Shown here: positions 43,771-54,131 of the stretch, in pieces
How positions within the stretch are numbered: the stretch's first letter is position 1
How the letters are laid out: the number at the start of each line of letters is the position of its first letter
Source: Candidatus Spongiisociaceae bacterium
GTDB taxonomy: Bacteria; Actinomycetota; Acidimicrobiia; Spongiisociales; Spongiisociaceae
Length of the DNA stretch: 64,000 nt
Direction: 5' to 3'
Assembly: GCA_965262915.1 (NCBI GenBank)
Contig: OZ253564.1
Location: 2,176,001 to 2,240,000 of the forward strand
The notes under the pieces: model-generated
Database searches by the model: none
Seen by the model: only the letters and a program-made list of their open reading frames with translations
What the model was told of the DNA's origin: nothing
Position numbers and translations under genes: made by a program

Positions 43771-44595
43771 TCAGGCCACCACGATCGCCAGCAGGGCAAC
43801 CACGCCCAGGCCGTACACCGCCAGTGCCCGCAGCACCGGGGCTCTGGGACCGTAGGGGATCCGCTGCCACATCGAAACGATGATCATCCCCGCCACCAGA
43901 CCGCCCACATGCGCTTCCCAGGCGATGCCGGGGACGAGGAGCGGCAGGGCCAGGTTGATGGCAAGGAGGAGGAGAAGGCGACGGAACTGGGCGCCTCCGT
44001 GGGGGGTATGGCGTAGCGGGTAGGTCCCGATCAGCACCGCTCCGAACAAGCCGAAGATGGCGCCGGACGCTCCCACGGCCCCTCCGTCGGAGAGGTACTG
44101 GAAGGCGACGGCCCCCGAGACGGCCGAGGCTAGGTAGAGCCCGACGAAGGACACCGTGCCCACCTGCCGCTCCAGCCGCGGTCCGAACAGGTACAGGGCG
44201 TACATGTTGAACACTATGTGCAGCACCGATCCGCGGGAGTGCAGGAACGCCGCCGTGACGGCCCGCCACCATTCCCCGTACCGGACGGCCTCGGTGATAT
44301 GGGCGTAGTCGATAGTGAACTGCACGTTCTGCCGCTGTACCAGGTAGGCGACTACCGAGACCACCATGATGACCAGCACCGCTGGCGTGATCCCGGTGGC
44401 GAGCCGCCGGGCGTTCACCACCCTGGTGGCCCGGCTACCGCGACTGCAGTCGGGACACCGCTGCCCGACGGGAGAGTCGTGCGAGCAGAACGGGCAGATC
44501 GGCTTGTCACAGCGCGAGCACCTCAGGGAGGTGCTTCGATCCGGGTGCCGGTAGCACCGCATCGAATCGGAGGGCGACACCGTTCCGCTGTCCAT
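43771..44595 (-). CDS. Rhomboid intramembrane serine protease with N-terminal B-box-like Zn finger
   Basis: CYRHPDR...RCSRCDKPICP.C; WWR..TAAFLH, H..FNM, GASGA, AH.GG; TAGAAT -10 box. Confidence 0.93.
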   Translation of the reverse strand: MDSGTVSPSDSMRCYRHPDRSTSLRCSRCDKPICPFCSHDSPVGQRCPDCSRGSRATRVVNARRLATGITPAVLVIMVVSVVAYLVQRQNVQFTIDYAHITEAVRYGEWWRAVTAAFLHSRGSVLHIVFNMYALYLFGPRLERQVGTVSFVGLYLASAVSGAVAFQYLSDGGAVGASGAIFGLFGAVLIGTYPLRHTPHGGAQFRRLLLLLAINLALPLLVPGIAWEAHVGGLVAGMIIVSMWQRIPYGPRAPVLRALAVYGLGVVALLAIVVA

Positions 44596-44770
44596 CCGCC
44601 CCATTCTACGAGGTCGGCGGACCATTGATACCGGGTGCCGGAAGCCGGGGCGACCCGTGCGGATGCGCACGGGGGTACCCTCAGGATTCCTATGGGCGCC
44701 GACACCCCGGAGGCGGAGGTACGTCCGTGCCCGGCACTCTATGATGAACGGGACGAGCGGCTGGTATACG

Positions 44771-46165
44771 ATGTTCACCGAGATGCGTGTACGCAACTTC
44801 AAGTCCTGGGAGGACAGCGGACTGATCCGGCTGGCGCCCGTTACCGGGCTCTTCGGAACCAACAGCTCGGGCAAGACGAGCCTCCTTCAGGCCTTGCTGC
44901 TTCTGAAGCAGACCACCGAGTCAGCCGATCGGAAGCAGGTGCTCAACCTCGGAGACAAACGGTCTCCTACGTCTTTGGGTCTAATCGGAGACGTGATACA
45001 CGGTCACGATTCGAAGTCACGTCTCGAATTCGAGTTCTCGTGGCGCAGCATGGAGCCTGTCGAGGCTTCCGACCCTGCCAATCCGGGGTCCAACCTTTTC
45101 AGCGAATCCGAGCTGTCTTTTCGTACACTTGTTGCAGTCCGGAACGGGACACAACGCGTCGAGGAGTTCGCATACAAGACAGGTGCTGCGCGGGTCGAAT
45201 TCTCTCGCCGACAAAGACAGAAGCGTAAGAGCCCGGAGTACGATCTGAAGGCGACCGTAAACGGCGATACCGGCTACCTGAAGCGGATCCAGGGTCGGGC
45301 GTGGGGTCTACCGCCGCCCGTCAAGTGCTACGGCTTCCCCGACGAGGCATTCGCCTACTTCCAGAACTCTGCTTTCGTCAACGCGTTCGAGTTGGCGCTC
45401 GAGCGACAGTTCGGCAACTCGTTGTTCTATCTCGGTCCGCTACGCCAGAACCCGGCCCGCTCATACCGGTGGCAAGGCTCGACTCCTTCTAGCGTCGGAG
45501 CGGAGGGTGAGCGCGCAATCGAGGCACTCCTGGCATCCGGGCGCCGACCGAGGAAGGAATGGATCGCGCGGGAACTCAAGTCGAACGGGCACGCCAAGAA
45601 GCTGTTCCTTGTCGAGGACGTGGTGTCTCAATGGCTTCGGGAGATGAAGCTGGTTCGATCCTTCTACCTGGAGCGAATAGCCGAAGATGCCGATATCTAC
45701 CGAGTACGGATCAAACGCTCGTCCGATTCGGCCGAGGTCCTGCTTCCTGACGTGGGATTCGGTGTATCGCAGGTGCTCCCCGTCCTCGTTCTTCTCGCCT
45801 GTGTTCCCAAGACTTCGGTGGTGATACTCGAACAGCCGGAACTGCACCTTCACCCGGCGGTACAAGCCGCGCTGGCCGACGTCATCCTCGAGACCGCACG
45901 CGTGGGTCGTGCCCAGGTCATCGTTGAGAGCCATAGCGAGTACTTACTGAGGAGGCTCCAACGCAGGGTTGCCGAGCGTGCGGTCTCGAAGGAGGACATC
46001 GCGCTGTATTTCTGCGATCACGATGATCGTCGATCGAGTATCGAACGTCTCGATCTCAACATGTTCGGTCAGATCGACAACTGGCCATCCGGATTCTTCG
46101 GTGACCCCATCGGGGAAGCGGTTGCGATGGTCGAAGCAGGGGCGAAACGTGCAGCAATCCCATGA
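44771..46165 (+). CDS. ABC-type ATPase (AAA_21/AAA_15-like) with DUF3696-like C-terminus
   Basis: NFKS, GTNSSGKTS, YLGPLR, DVGFGVSQVLP, ILEQPELHLHP, VESHSE, GQIDNWPSGFFGD. Confidence 0.88.
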   Translation: MFTEMRVRNFKSWEDSGLIRLAPVTGLFGTNSSGKTSLLQALLLLKQTTESADRKQVLNLGDKRSPTSLGLIGDVIHGHDSKSRLEFEFSWRSMEPVEASDPANPGSNLFSESELSFRTLVAVRNGTQRVEEFAYKTGAARVEFSRRQRQKRKSPEYDLKATVNGDTGYLKRIQGRAWGLPPPVKCYGFPDEAFAYFQNSAFVNAFELALERQFGNSLFYLGPLRQNPARSYRWQGSTPSSVGAEGERAIEALLASGRRPRKEWIARELKSNGHAKKLFLVEDVVSQWLREMKLVRSFYLERIAEDADIYRVRIKRSSDSAEVLLPDVGFGVSQVLPVLVLLACVPKTSVVILEQPELHLHPAVQAALADVILETARVGRAQVIVESHSEYLLRRLQRRVAERAVSKEDIALYFCDHDDRRSSIERLDLNMFGQIDNWPSGFFGDPIGEAVAMVEAGAKRAAIP

Positions 46166-46644
46166 GGCATTCTGTGATCGACACCAATGTTTTGGTTGTC
46201 GCGAGCGGTCGCGCCGATCACGCGGACGACACGTGTCGCCTCCGTTCTGCGAGAGCTCTACTCGAAGTGGAGAGGAAACGCTCGCTCGTGCTGGATTGGG
46301 GCTGGGAAATCCTCCGGGAGTATTCGAGACACGTGAGCGTCGTTGGCGAACCTGAGGCAGGGGACCGCTTCTTCCAATGGGCGGCCTCATCCGCCCACAT
46401 ACGCCGTGTCAGTATCAACGAACACCCCGATCGCGCCTACCGCGAATTCCCGAGCGACCCACGGCTCGAGCGATTCGACTGGAGTGCTCGCAAGTTCGTG
46501 GCTGCGACGGTCTCGTCGGGCACGGAAGATACCGAACTGGTCAACGCTGTCGACTCCGACTACTCCCTCCATCGGACCGCTTTGAAGGACGCAGGCGTGT
46601 CGGTGAACGAACTATGTCCGAGTCTGATTGAAAGAACCCGGTAG
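46162..46644 (+). CDS. PIN-like domain protein coupled to the ATPase
   Basis: VIDTNVL.VA, I..EY, FD.S.RKFVA, NAVDSD; ATGA overlap with the ATPase stop. Confidence 0.7.
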   Translation: MRHSVIDTNVLVVASGRADHADDTCRLRSARALLEVERKRSLVLDWGWEILREYSRHVSVVGEPEAGDRFFQWAASSAHIRRVSINEHPDRAYREFPSDPRLERFDWSARKFVAATVSSGTEDTELVNAVDSDYSLHRTALKDAGVSVNELCPSLIERTR

Positions 46645-46700
46645 CGGGTGTCGAGCATACTCGGCTGGAGGGTGCTTCTCGCCCTGTACCATCGTCCTCC

Positions 46701-47951
46701 GTGCAGGTAGAGGTTTCGAGTACGTCCACCGGGATGACGGTGGTCACCGAGTCCGTTCCGGGAGTCCGGTCGGTGGCCATTGGGTGCTGGGTGGACACGG
46801 GGAGCCGTGACGAGCGTCCCAACGAGGCGGGGGCCGCCCATTTCCTGGAGCACCTGCTCTTCAAGGGTTCGGAGAGGCTGTCGGCCCGCGACATCTCCGA
46901 GACGTTCGACGCCATCGGAGCGCAGAGCAACGCGTTCACGTCCAAGGAGTACACGTGTTTCTGGGCGCGGATGCTCGACAGCGAGCTCAGCACCGGTCTC
47001 GAGCTGCTCGCCGAGATGCTCCAGCGTCCGGCCTTCCGGCCCGACGAGATCGACTCCGAACGGCGGGTGGTGATCGAAGAGATAAACATGAACGAGGACG
47101 ATCCTTCCGATGTAGCGGTGGAGACCTTCATCAGAACCATGTTTCTCGGACACCCGTTGGGGCTTCCGGTGCTGGGAACCCGCGACTCCATCGGGGACAT
47201 GAGCCGTGACGACATCGACGGGTACTGGCGACGCCGGTACGGATCAGGAACGGTTGTGGTGGCGGTGGCGGGAAACACGGAACACCGCCGCGTATCGGAT
47301 CTGGTGCAGGAACTGTTCGACTCGTGGAGTGCCGGGGACGGCAGCCACGACCTGGCGCCGCCGGCGATCGAATCGCGGGTGCAGGTGGTCCGGAGGGATA
47401 CCGAGCAGATACATCTCGTCTACGGAGGGGAGTCGATCAACAGGACCGACGACGCCCGGTTGGCCGACGGGGTGCTCCATCACATCCTGGGCGGTGGAAT
47501 GTCGTCACGCCTGTTCCAGAAGATCCGGGAGGAGCGCGGCCTGGCGTACGCGGTCCACAGCTTCTCGATGCGCTTCGCGGAGACGGGCGCATGGGGGGTC
47601 TACGTGGGGACCACTCCGGCCACGGCCCACACCGTGATGGAGATCCTCACCGAGGAGATCGAGCGCATGATGTCGGAGGGGGTCACCGAAGCCGAGTTGG
47701 AGCGGGCCAAGGGCCACATGCGGGGTGGGCTGGCCCTGTCCATGGAGGACACCAACACCCGCATGATCCGTCTGGGCCGCAACCAGATCTTCGGCCTGCC
47801 GAACCTGTCCCTCGACGAGCGGCTGGCCCGCATCGAGTCGATCACGAGGTCCGACATCGCGGAGAGCGCCAACCGCGTCATGGAGGGTCCCCGCGTCATG
47901 GGGGCGGTGGGACCGTTCGAGAGCGGTGAGTTCGAGGGGTACCTGACATGA
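46701..47951 (+). CDS. M16 (pitrilysin) family metallopeptidase
   Basis: GSRDE...AHFLEHLLFKG, NAFT, GGGMSSRLFQ.IRE.RGL.Y. Confidence 0.95.
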   Translation: MQVEVSSTSTGMTVVTESVPGVRSVAIGCWVDTGSRDERPNEAGAAHFLEHLLFKGSERLSARDISETFDAIGAQSNAFTSKEYTCFWARMLDSELSTGLELLAEMLQRPAFRPDEIDSERRVVIEEINMNEDDPSDVAVETFIRTMFLGHPLGLPVLGTRDSIGDMSRDDIDGYWRRRYGSGTVVVAVAGNTEHRRVSDLVQELFDSWSAGDGSHDLAPPAIESRVQVVRRDTEQIHLVYGGESINRTDDARLADGVLHHILGGGMSSRLFQKIREERGLAYAVHSFSMRFAETGAWGVYVGTTPATAHTVMEILTEEIERMMSEGVTEAELERAKGHMRGGLALSMEDTNTRMIRLGRNQIFGLPNLSLDERLARIESITRSDIAESANRVMEGPRVMGAVGPFESGEFEGYLT

Positions 47952-48718
47952 TATCGGTGGGCATCTCCGGAGCGCCGGGCCGGATGGGCCGCCTCTCCCT
48001 GGCCGCCCTGCTCCCTCTGGATGACCTTTCGGTAGGAGGCCTCTATGGCCCGGGCCACGATGGTGAGGAAATCCTGGGCCATACCTGCTCGGGGGACGCC
48101 GAGGCGCTCGGAGGATGCGACGTGATCCTGGAGTTCACCAATCCCGGGGTCGCCCCGTCCAACGTGAGCCGCTGGAGGTCGTTCGACGCCCACGTGGTCA
48201 TCGGCACGTCCGGGTACGACACCGGACGGCTTGCCGCGCTCGAGGACGAGTGGGCCGGCGCTACCCGCAGGTGCCTGGTGGTACCGAACTTCTCGATCGG
48301 CGCGGTCCTGATGATGCAGTTCGCCGAGCTGGCGGCGCCCCACTTTCCCTCGGCTGAGATCATCGAGTTGCACCACGAGGACAAGCCGGATGCTCCGTCG
48401 GGCACTTCGCTCAATACGGCTGCCCGCATGGGATCGGCCCGCAGGAGAGCCGCGGTGGAGCCTCACGGGCGCGGGGGGGAGTCGGTGCCCGGCGCCCTGG
48501 GTGCGCAGGTGGAGGGGGTGGCGATCCATTCCGTGCGAGCCCACGGTTTCGTCGCCCACCAGGAGGTGATACTCGGCGGAACCGGCGAGTACCTGACCAT
48601 CCGCCACGACACCACCGACTATGCCGCCTTCACGCCCGGCATCGTCCTGGCGCTGCGAACGGTGCCGTCGCTGGAGAGGGCCGTGACGGTAGGACTCGAA
48701 TCGATCCTGGGTATCTGA
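47948..48718 (+). CDS. dapB: 4-hydroxy-tetrahydrodipicolinate reductase
   Basis: GA.GRMG, GTSG, PNFSIG, EIIELHHEDKPDAPSGT, IHSVR, IRHD. Confidence 0.95.
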   Translation: MISVGISGAPGRMGRLSLAALLPLDDLSVGGLYGPGHDGEEILGHTCSGDAEALGGCDVILEFTNPGVAPSNVSRWRSFDAHVVIGTSGYDTGRLAALEDEWAGATRRCLVVPNFSIGAVLMMQFAELAAPHFPSAEIIELHHEDKPDAPSGTSLNTAARMGSARRRAAVEPHGRGGESVPGALGAQVEGVAIHSVRAHGFVAHQEVILGGTGEYLTIRHDTTDYAAFTPGIVLALRTVPSLERAVTVGLESILGI

Positions 48719-48732
48719 CCGGCAATACCGCC

Positions 48733-48832
48733 GGTCTGTCTGTGAAATCGCGGCGTGGCATGGCCGGAGGCGGCGTTCCTCGCAAAGGCCCGCCGACGAA
48801 GGCGTACCCGCAGCGGTACGGCTGCGGCGTAG
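48733..48832. repeat. Partial copy of the 24563-24645 element family
   Basis: GGTCTGTCTGTGAAA..CGGCGTGG.ATG shared with 24566-24595; no matching right end seen. Confidence 0.45.
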
Positions 48833-48904
48833 CCTCTAAGCTTGGGGAGGATCCGGGCTCGGCTTGTACACCCCGGACGCTACGAACCGTGGAAGGAAGG
48901 GAAC

Positions 48905-49786
48905 ATGGGCCCGTTCGGTGGGTTGCTCACCGCCATGATCACCCCGTTCGCCGCCGACGGATCGGTCGACTACGACCGGATGGCGCGCCTCGCCAAGCAC
49001 CTGGTGAACAACGGGCACGACGGTCTGCTGGTGACCGGGACGACCGGCGAATCCCCCACCCTCACCGATGCCGAGAAGCTGGCTCTGTACTCGACGGTTG
49101 TCGAGGCGGTGGGCCACAAGGCGGCGGTGGTGGCCGGCACCGGAACCTACGACACCCATCACTCCATCGAACTGTCGGTACGCGCCGCGGAGTTGGGGGT
49201 GGACGGGCTGATGGCGGTGACCCCTTACTACTCCAGGCCGCCCCAGCACGGCCTGTTAGCCCACTTCACGGCCATAGCGGACGCCACCGACCTGCCACTG
49301 ATCGTATACAACATTCCCGGCCGTACCGCCCGGTTGATCGAAGCCGAGACCCTGGCGGAGATGGCCGATCATCCCAACATCGCCGCCACCAAGGACGCCG
49401 TGGGCGACCTCGAGTACACCAAGGCCAGCCTCGAGTTGCTCCCCGACGACTTCCTCCTGTATTCGGGTGACGACTCGGCAACCCTTCCGATGCTCGAGCT
49501 CGGGGGTGTCGGTGTGATCTCGGTGGCCGGCCATTTCGCGGGACGGCAGATCAAGCGGATGATCGAGGCGCACGACGCCGGGGATGCCGCCGAGGCATGG
49601 CGCCTCCACGACGGCTTGACACCGCTGTTCGACGCCTGTTTCGTCGAGCCCAACCCGATGCCCACCAAGGCCGGTCTCAATGCATTGTGGGAGCCGGTCG
49701 GTGATCCGAGGCTTCCGTTGGTGCCGGCCTCGTCGGATACACGTGACGCGGTGGTGGCCGCGGTAGGGGCGGCGCAGGAGTTGTGA
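48905..49786 (+). CDS. dapA: 4-hydroxy-tetrahydrodipicolinate synthase
   Basis: TAMITPF, GTTGESPTL, VTPYY, YNIPGRT, ATKDA, YSGDD, NP.P.K. Confidence 0.95.
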   Translation: MGPFGGLLTAMITPFAADGSVDYDRMARLAKHLVNNGHDGLLVTGTTGESPTLTDAEKLALYSTVVEAVGHKAAVVAGTGTYDTHHSIELSVRAAELGVDGLMAVTPYYSRPPQHGLLAHFTAIADATDLPLIVYNIPGRTARLIEAETLAEMADHPNIAATKDAVGDLEYTKASLELLPDDFLLYSGDDSATLPMLELGGVGVISVAGHFAGRQIKRMIEAHDAGDAAEAWRLHDGLTPLFDACFVEPNPMPTKAGLNALWEPVGDPRLPLVPASSDTRDAVVAAVGAAQEL

Positions 49787-51435
49787 GCGTCCGAGTCACA
49801 TTTCTCGGCGGTCTCGGCGAGATCGGCCGGAATTGCGCCGCCATCGAGATCGACGGCCGGATCGCGCTGATCGACTGCGGTCTCATGTTCCCCGAAGAGG
49901 ACATGTGGGGGGTGGACCTCGTGCTGCCGGACTGGCGGTGGCTGCTCGAGCGCCGCGAGGACATCCGATGCGTGGTGCTGACCCACGGACACGAGGATCA
50001 CATGGGCGGGCTGGGGTACTTCTTGGAGGAAGTACCGGTTCCGGTCTTCGGGACCCGCTTGTCGTTGGCCATCGCAGCGGGACGGGTGGACGAGATGCGT
50101 GTCGACAAGGACTTCCGCCCGATTCCTGACGGTCGATGGGTGATGGAGGGGCCTTTCACCTTCCAGCTCATCCCGGTATCCCATTCGGTGCCGGAGGGGA
50201 GCGGGGTGGTGTTCGACACGCCGGAGGGCCTGATCGTCCACACCGGGGACTTCAAGCTCGATCCCACTCCCGTGGACGGCCGGCGTACCGACCTTCCCAC
50301 CTTCGCCCGATACGGTCGCGAGGGGGTTCGCCTGCTGCTCTCGGATTCGACCAATGCAGAGCGGGAGGGTGTCGTCCCGTCGGAGAAGTCCCTCGGACCG
50401 TCGATCCGGGCCATCGTCCAGCAAGCCCCCGGCCGGGTCATAAGCACCTGCTTCTCGAGCCATCTCCACCGGGTCCAGCAGCTGGCCGATGCCGGCCTGG
50501 ATTCCGATCGTTACGTGAGTTTCATCGGCCGGTCCATGGAGCGCAACGTCCGGATCGGGCTCGACCTGGGTGTCCTCCACCTGCCTCAGGAGCGCGTACT
50601 CAAGATCGGGGAGGCGATGGACGTGCCCCACGACGAGGTCATGATCGTCACCACCGGGTCACAGGGCGAACCTTTCTCGGCCCTTTCCCTCATGGCCGCC
50701 GGCCGGCACCGGTGGGTCAAGCTGGACCAGACGGATACGGTGCTCATCTCGGCTAGGCCGATTCCCGGTAACGAGACGGCCGTCTCGCGGGTCATCTCCG
50801 ATCTGACCCGGAGCGGGGCCAGGGTGTTCCACGGGCGAAACGCGAACGTCCACGTCTCCGGGCACGCCACCGCCGAGGAACTCAAGACCTTCCTCAACGT
50901 GGTACGTCCCTCCACCCTCGTGCCCGTACACGGCGAGTACCGCCACCTCAGCGCCCACGCCGATCTCGCCGAGGAGATGGGGGTACCCGAGGTACTGGTG
51001 CTCGAGGACGGCGACGCGGTGATCCTCGAAGACGGGCTCACCCGGGTGGAGCGCGACTCGGTCCCGGCGGGATACGTGTATGTCGACGGCGCCGGTGTCG
51101 GAGATATCCGCGAGTCGCTGCTGCGGGAGCGTGCCCGGTTGGGGGACGACGGGGTGGTGGTCGTATCCCTGACCCTCGATCCGGACACCCGCAGGCTGGT
51201 CGGTACGCCCCGACTGATCAGCCACGGGTTCACGGACGATGCGTCGATGGTGCTGGACGAAGTGGCCGGGGCGGTCCGGGCCGCCGCTGCGGAGGATCGT
51301 CGTCGATTCGGGAAGGACGCTGCCGCGGCTGTCCGGCAGGTGGCCCGCAAGGTGATCAAGGCCGAGACGGGTCGCCGTCCGGTGATCCTGCCGATGATCG
51401 CCGGTCTCGAACAGAGCCGCCGCCGGCGCCGGTAG
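49783..51435 (+). CDS. rnj: Ribonuclease J
   Basis: LGGLGEIGRN, THGHEDH, HS.P, HTGDFK, DSTNA, TGSQGEP, HVSGH, PVHGEYRH. Confidence 0.96.
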   Translation: MSVRVTFLGGLGEIGRNCAAIEIDGRIALIDCGLMFPEEDMWGVDLVLPDWRWLLERREDIRCVVLTHGHEDHMGGLGYFLEEVPVPVFGTRLSLAIAAGRVDEMRVDKDFRPIPDGRWVMEGPFTFQLIPVSHSVPEGSGVVFDTPEGLIVHTGDFKLDPTPVDGRRTDLPTFARYGREGVRLLLSDSTNAEREGVVPSEKSLGPSIRAIVQQAPGRVISTCFSSHLHRVQQLADAGLDSDRYVSFIGRSMERNVRIGLDLGVLHLPQERVLKIGEAMDVPHDEVMIVTTGSQGEPFSALSLMAAGRHRWVKLDQTDTVLISARPIPGNETAVSRVISDLTRSGARVFHGRNANVHVSGHATAEELKTFLNVVRPSTLVPVHGEYRHLSAHADLAEEMGVPEVLVLEDGDAVILEDGLTRVERDSVPAGYVYVDGAGVGDIRESLLRERARLGDDGVVVVSLTLDPDTRRLVGTPRLISHGFTDDASMVLDEVAGAVRAAAAEDRRRFGKDAAAAVRQVARKVIKAETGRRPVILPMIAGLEQSRRRRR

Positions 51436-51502
51436 TGCCGGATAGCCGTCGGGCGCAGGGTCGTTGAGTGGTCCGGGTCGTTGGTGTAATGTTACTCGGC
51501 AC

Positions 51503-53980
51503 ATGACCAAGGGGACATCCACCCGTGGGGGCACGGGGCGGAGGCGGGTGTCACAGGTACATGGGAACAAGGCCGGACTCGATAGGCGCGGACCGCGACC
51601 GGCCGGGCGCGGGCAGCCCCGGGCGGGCGGCTCCGCGGGTCGCAACACGTCCGGACCCAAGGGCGGCGGCCGACCCTCCGGGCCCGAGCGGACGAGGAGC
51701 CGGTCCGGGCGGTCCCGGTCGGCCTTGACCCAACGCTCGGCCGAGCAAGGGCGCGAGCGGCGTTCGCGGCCCTTCCTCACCATGGTTTACGAGCGCATCC
51801 GGTTCGGGATCGGACGCCAGACCCACGACCGGATAGGCCTGTGCCTCACATCCGCGGGGCTGCTGATCGTCCTGGCCTTCTTCGAAGGTTCCGGGCCGGT
51901 GGGACGATGGACGCTCGACGGTCTCCGCTTCCTGGTAGGCGTGTGGGCCTATGGCTTCCCCGTCATCCTGATAGCGCTCGGCGGCGCCCTGATCCTGGGG
52001 CGTTACCGCGATGACTTCCGCCGGGTCCTGTTCGGGGCGGTCCTCTGGTTTGTCGGTTCGCTGACCCTCTTCCACCTGATCACGGGAAGCGTGTCACTGG
52101 CCGGGAACATCGAGATCGTGAAGCAGAGGGGAGGAGCCATCGGTTCGCTGATCGCCTTCCCGCTGCATCGCCTCCTGGGATTCTGGGGTGCGTTCCTGAT
52201 CATCGCGGCCATCACCGGCGCCGGCGTCATGATCGTTGTGGGCGCCTCGTTGCGCGAGGTGCTGATAGCGGCCGGCGAGCTGGTGACCTATTTGGTGAGG
52301 CAGGTCAAGGCCAAGGCGGCTGCGGCGCGGGTGCGCAGGGAGGTATCACCTGCCCGGCGACGCCGTCCCTCCTCGGGGGACCGGCGCTCTCCGCCTGTGG
52401 AGCAGAGACCCCCTCCTCCTGCCGCGCCGGCTCCCAAGGCCCCGCAAAAGCCACCCCCGCCTTCTCCCCGCCCGGCCCGACCCCGCAAGCAGCAGGTCAG
52501 CCGGCGGGCCGCGCCACGGACGGATGGGGATGGCGCCGGGTACCGGCTTCCCCCCGTCGAGTTGCTGCAGAAGGGTCAGAGCGAAGGTCAGAGTCGCCGG
52601 ATGCTGGAGGAAACGGCTCGCCAACTCGAGGCCACGCTGCGCGATCACGCGGTGAACGCCCGTCTCACCAACATCGTGCCGGGTCCGACGGTGACCCGTT
52701 ACGAGATCGAGCTGGCGCCAGGGGTGAAGGTGTCGCGGATCACCAGCCTCGCAGGCGACATCGCCTACGCGCTGGCGACACCGGATGTGCGACTGCTGGC
52801 TCCGATTCCGGGAAGGTCGGCGATCGGCGTCGAGGTTCCGAACCGCGTTCGCCGCCTGGTCACGCTCGGCGATGTCCTCGCTTCCCCCGATGCGGCCGAG
52901 GAGTCCCATCCGCTGGTGGTGGGTCTGGGTGCGAGCATCTCGGGAAGGCCGGTGCTGCTCAACCTGGGGGAATTGCCCCACGTGCTGATCGCCGGCGCCA
53001 CCGGGGCCGGTAAGTCCTCCTGCATCAACTCCATCGTCACCTCCCTGCTGGTACGCGCCTATCCGGACGATGTACGCCTGATCATGGTCGATCCCAAGCG
53101 GGTGGAACTCGGCCAGTACAACGGAGCTCCCCACCTGCTCACGAAGGTGATCACCAAGCCCAAGAAGGCGTTGGACGCTCTCCAGTGGGCGGTGGCCGAG
53201 ATGGATCGGCGCTACGATCTGCTTGCCGACGCGGGCGTGCGGGACATCCAGGGTTACCGGGGAAAGTTCGACTCCGGCCGGCTCCCCGACAACCGCTTCG
53301 ACCGGTTTCCCTATCTCGTGGTCCTCATCGACGAGTTGAACGATCTCATGATGGTTGCGGGCCGCGACGTGGAGACCGCCATCGTGCGGATCGCCCAGAT
53401 GGCCCGGGCGGTCGGTATCCATCTGGTGATCGCCACCCAGCGACCGTCGGTCAATGTGATCACCGGTGTGATCAAGGCCAACATCCCGAGCCGATTGGCC
53501 TTCTCGGTGGCGTCCCAGACCGATTCGCGCGTGATCATCGACACGGTGGGCGCCGACAAGCTCATAGGTATGGGTGACATGCTGGTGGTGACCGCGCGTG
53601 AACCGCGCGCCAACAGGGTCCAGGGCGCATGGGTGAGCGAGGAGGAGATCGCCGCGGTGGTGGATTGGGTCAAGGGCCAGAAGGCGGCCGATTACCGGCA
53701 GATCGCCGAGGAGGTGGCTGTCGAGCGGCAGGCTGCTGCCGAGGAGGTCGACGGGGGGGACGCCGATCTGGTGCGACGGGCTCACGAACTCGTGGTCCGG
53801 TCCCAGCTGGGTTCGACGTCGATGCTCCAGCGCAAGCTTCGGATCGGATTTGCCCGGGCCGGTCGCATCATGGACATCCTCGAGCAGAGGGGGATAGTGG
53901 GCCCGTCCGAGGGCTCGAAGGCCCGTGAAGTACTGGTGACGATCGAGGACCTGGAAGCCGAGGCCACACTGCCGTCGTGA
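51503..53980 (+). CDS. ftsK: DNA translocase FtsK
   Basis: 4TM region, GPTVTRYE, AGATGAGKS, DPKRVEL, IDELNDLM, ATQRPSV, STSMLQRKLRIGFARAGR; start approximate. Confidence 0.96.
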   Translation: MTKGTSTRGGTGRRRVSQVHGNKAGLDRRGPRPAGRGQPRAGGSAGRNTSGPKGGGRPSGPERTRSRSGRSRSALTQRSAEQGRERRSRPFLTMVYERIRFGIGRQTHDRIGLCLTSAGLLIVLAFFEGSGPVGRWTLDGLRFLVGVWAYGFPVILIALGGALILGRYRDDFRRVLFGAVLWFVGSLTLFHLITGSVSLAGNIEIVKQRGGAIGSLIAFPLHRLLGFWGAFLIIAAITGAGVMIVVGASLREVLIAAGELVTYLVRQVKAKAAAARVRREVSPARRRRPSSGDRRSPPVEQRPPPPAAPAPKAPQKPPPPSPRPARPRKQQVSRRAAPRTDGDGAGYRLPPVELLQKGQSEGQSRRMLEETARQLEATLRDHAVNARLTNIVPGPTVTRYEIELAPGVKVSRITSLAGDIAYALATPDVRLLAPIPGRSAIGVEVPNRVRRLVTLGDVLASPDAAEESHPLVVGLGASISGRPVLLNLGELPHVLIAGATGAGKSSCINSIVTSLLVRAYPDDVRLIMVDPKRVELGQYNGAPHLLTKVITKPKKALDALQWAVAEMDRRYDLLADAGVRDIQGYRGKFDSGRLPDNRFDRFPYLVVLIDELNDLMMVAGRDVETAIVRIAQMARAVGIHLVIATQRPSVNVITGVIKANIPSRLAFSVASQTDSRVIIDTVGADKLIGMGDMLVVTAREPRANRVQGAWVSEEEIAAVVDWVKGQKAADYRQIAEEVAVERQAAAEEVDGGDADLVRRAHELVVRSQLGSTSMLQRKLRIGFARAGRIMDILEQRGIVGPSEGSKAREVLVTIEDLEAEATLPS

Positions 53981-54131
53981 TGGGCCGGTCGGCTGCGCGA
54001 CACACGCGCTCCAGTCGACGACCGGGCGGATCACGAGGAGTGACTCTCATGACCGGCGTGGGTGCGCCGGCGCGGTCACGAATCGAACCTGCGGAGGGTG
54101 TACGGCAGATCCGTCGTACCATGGAGGCCTG

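Noticed and set aside
46666-46686. GGAGGGTGCT as a fifth MITE copy
   Set aside because: Only about 9 bp match, with no partner IR or conserved interior.
53985-54125. Possible structured RNA or riboswitch upstream of E2
   Set aside because: Only short GC-rich hairpins; no recognisable aptamer consensus.
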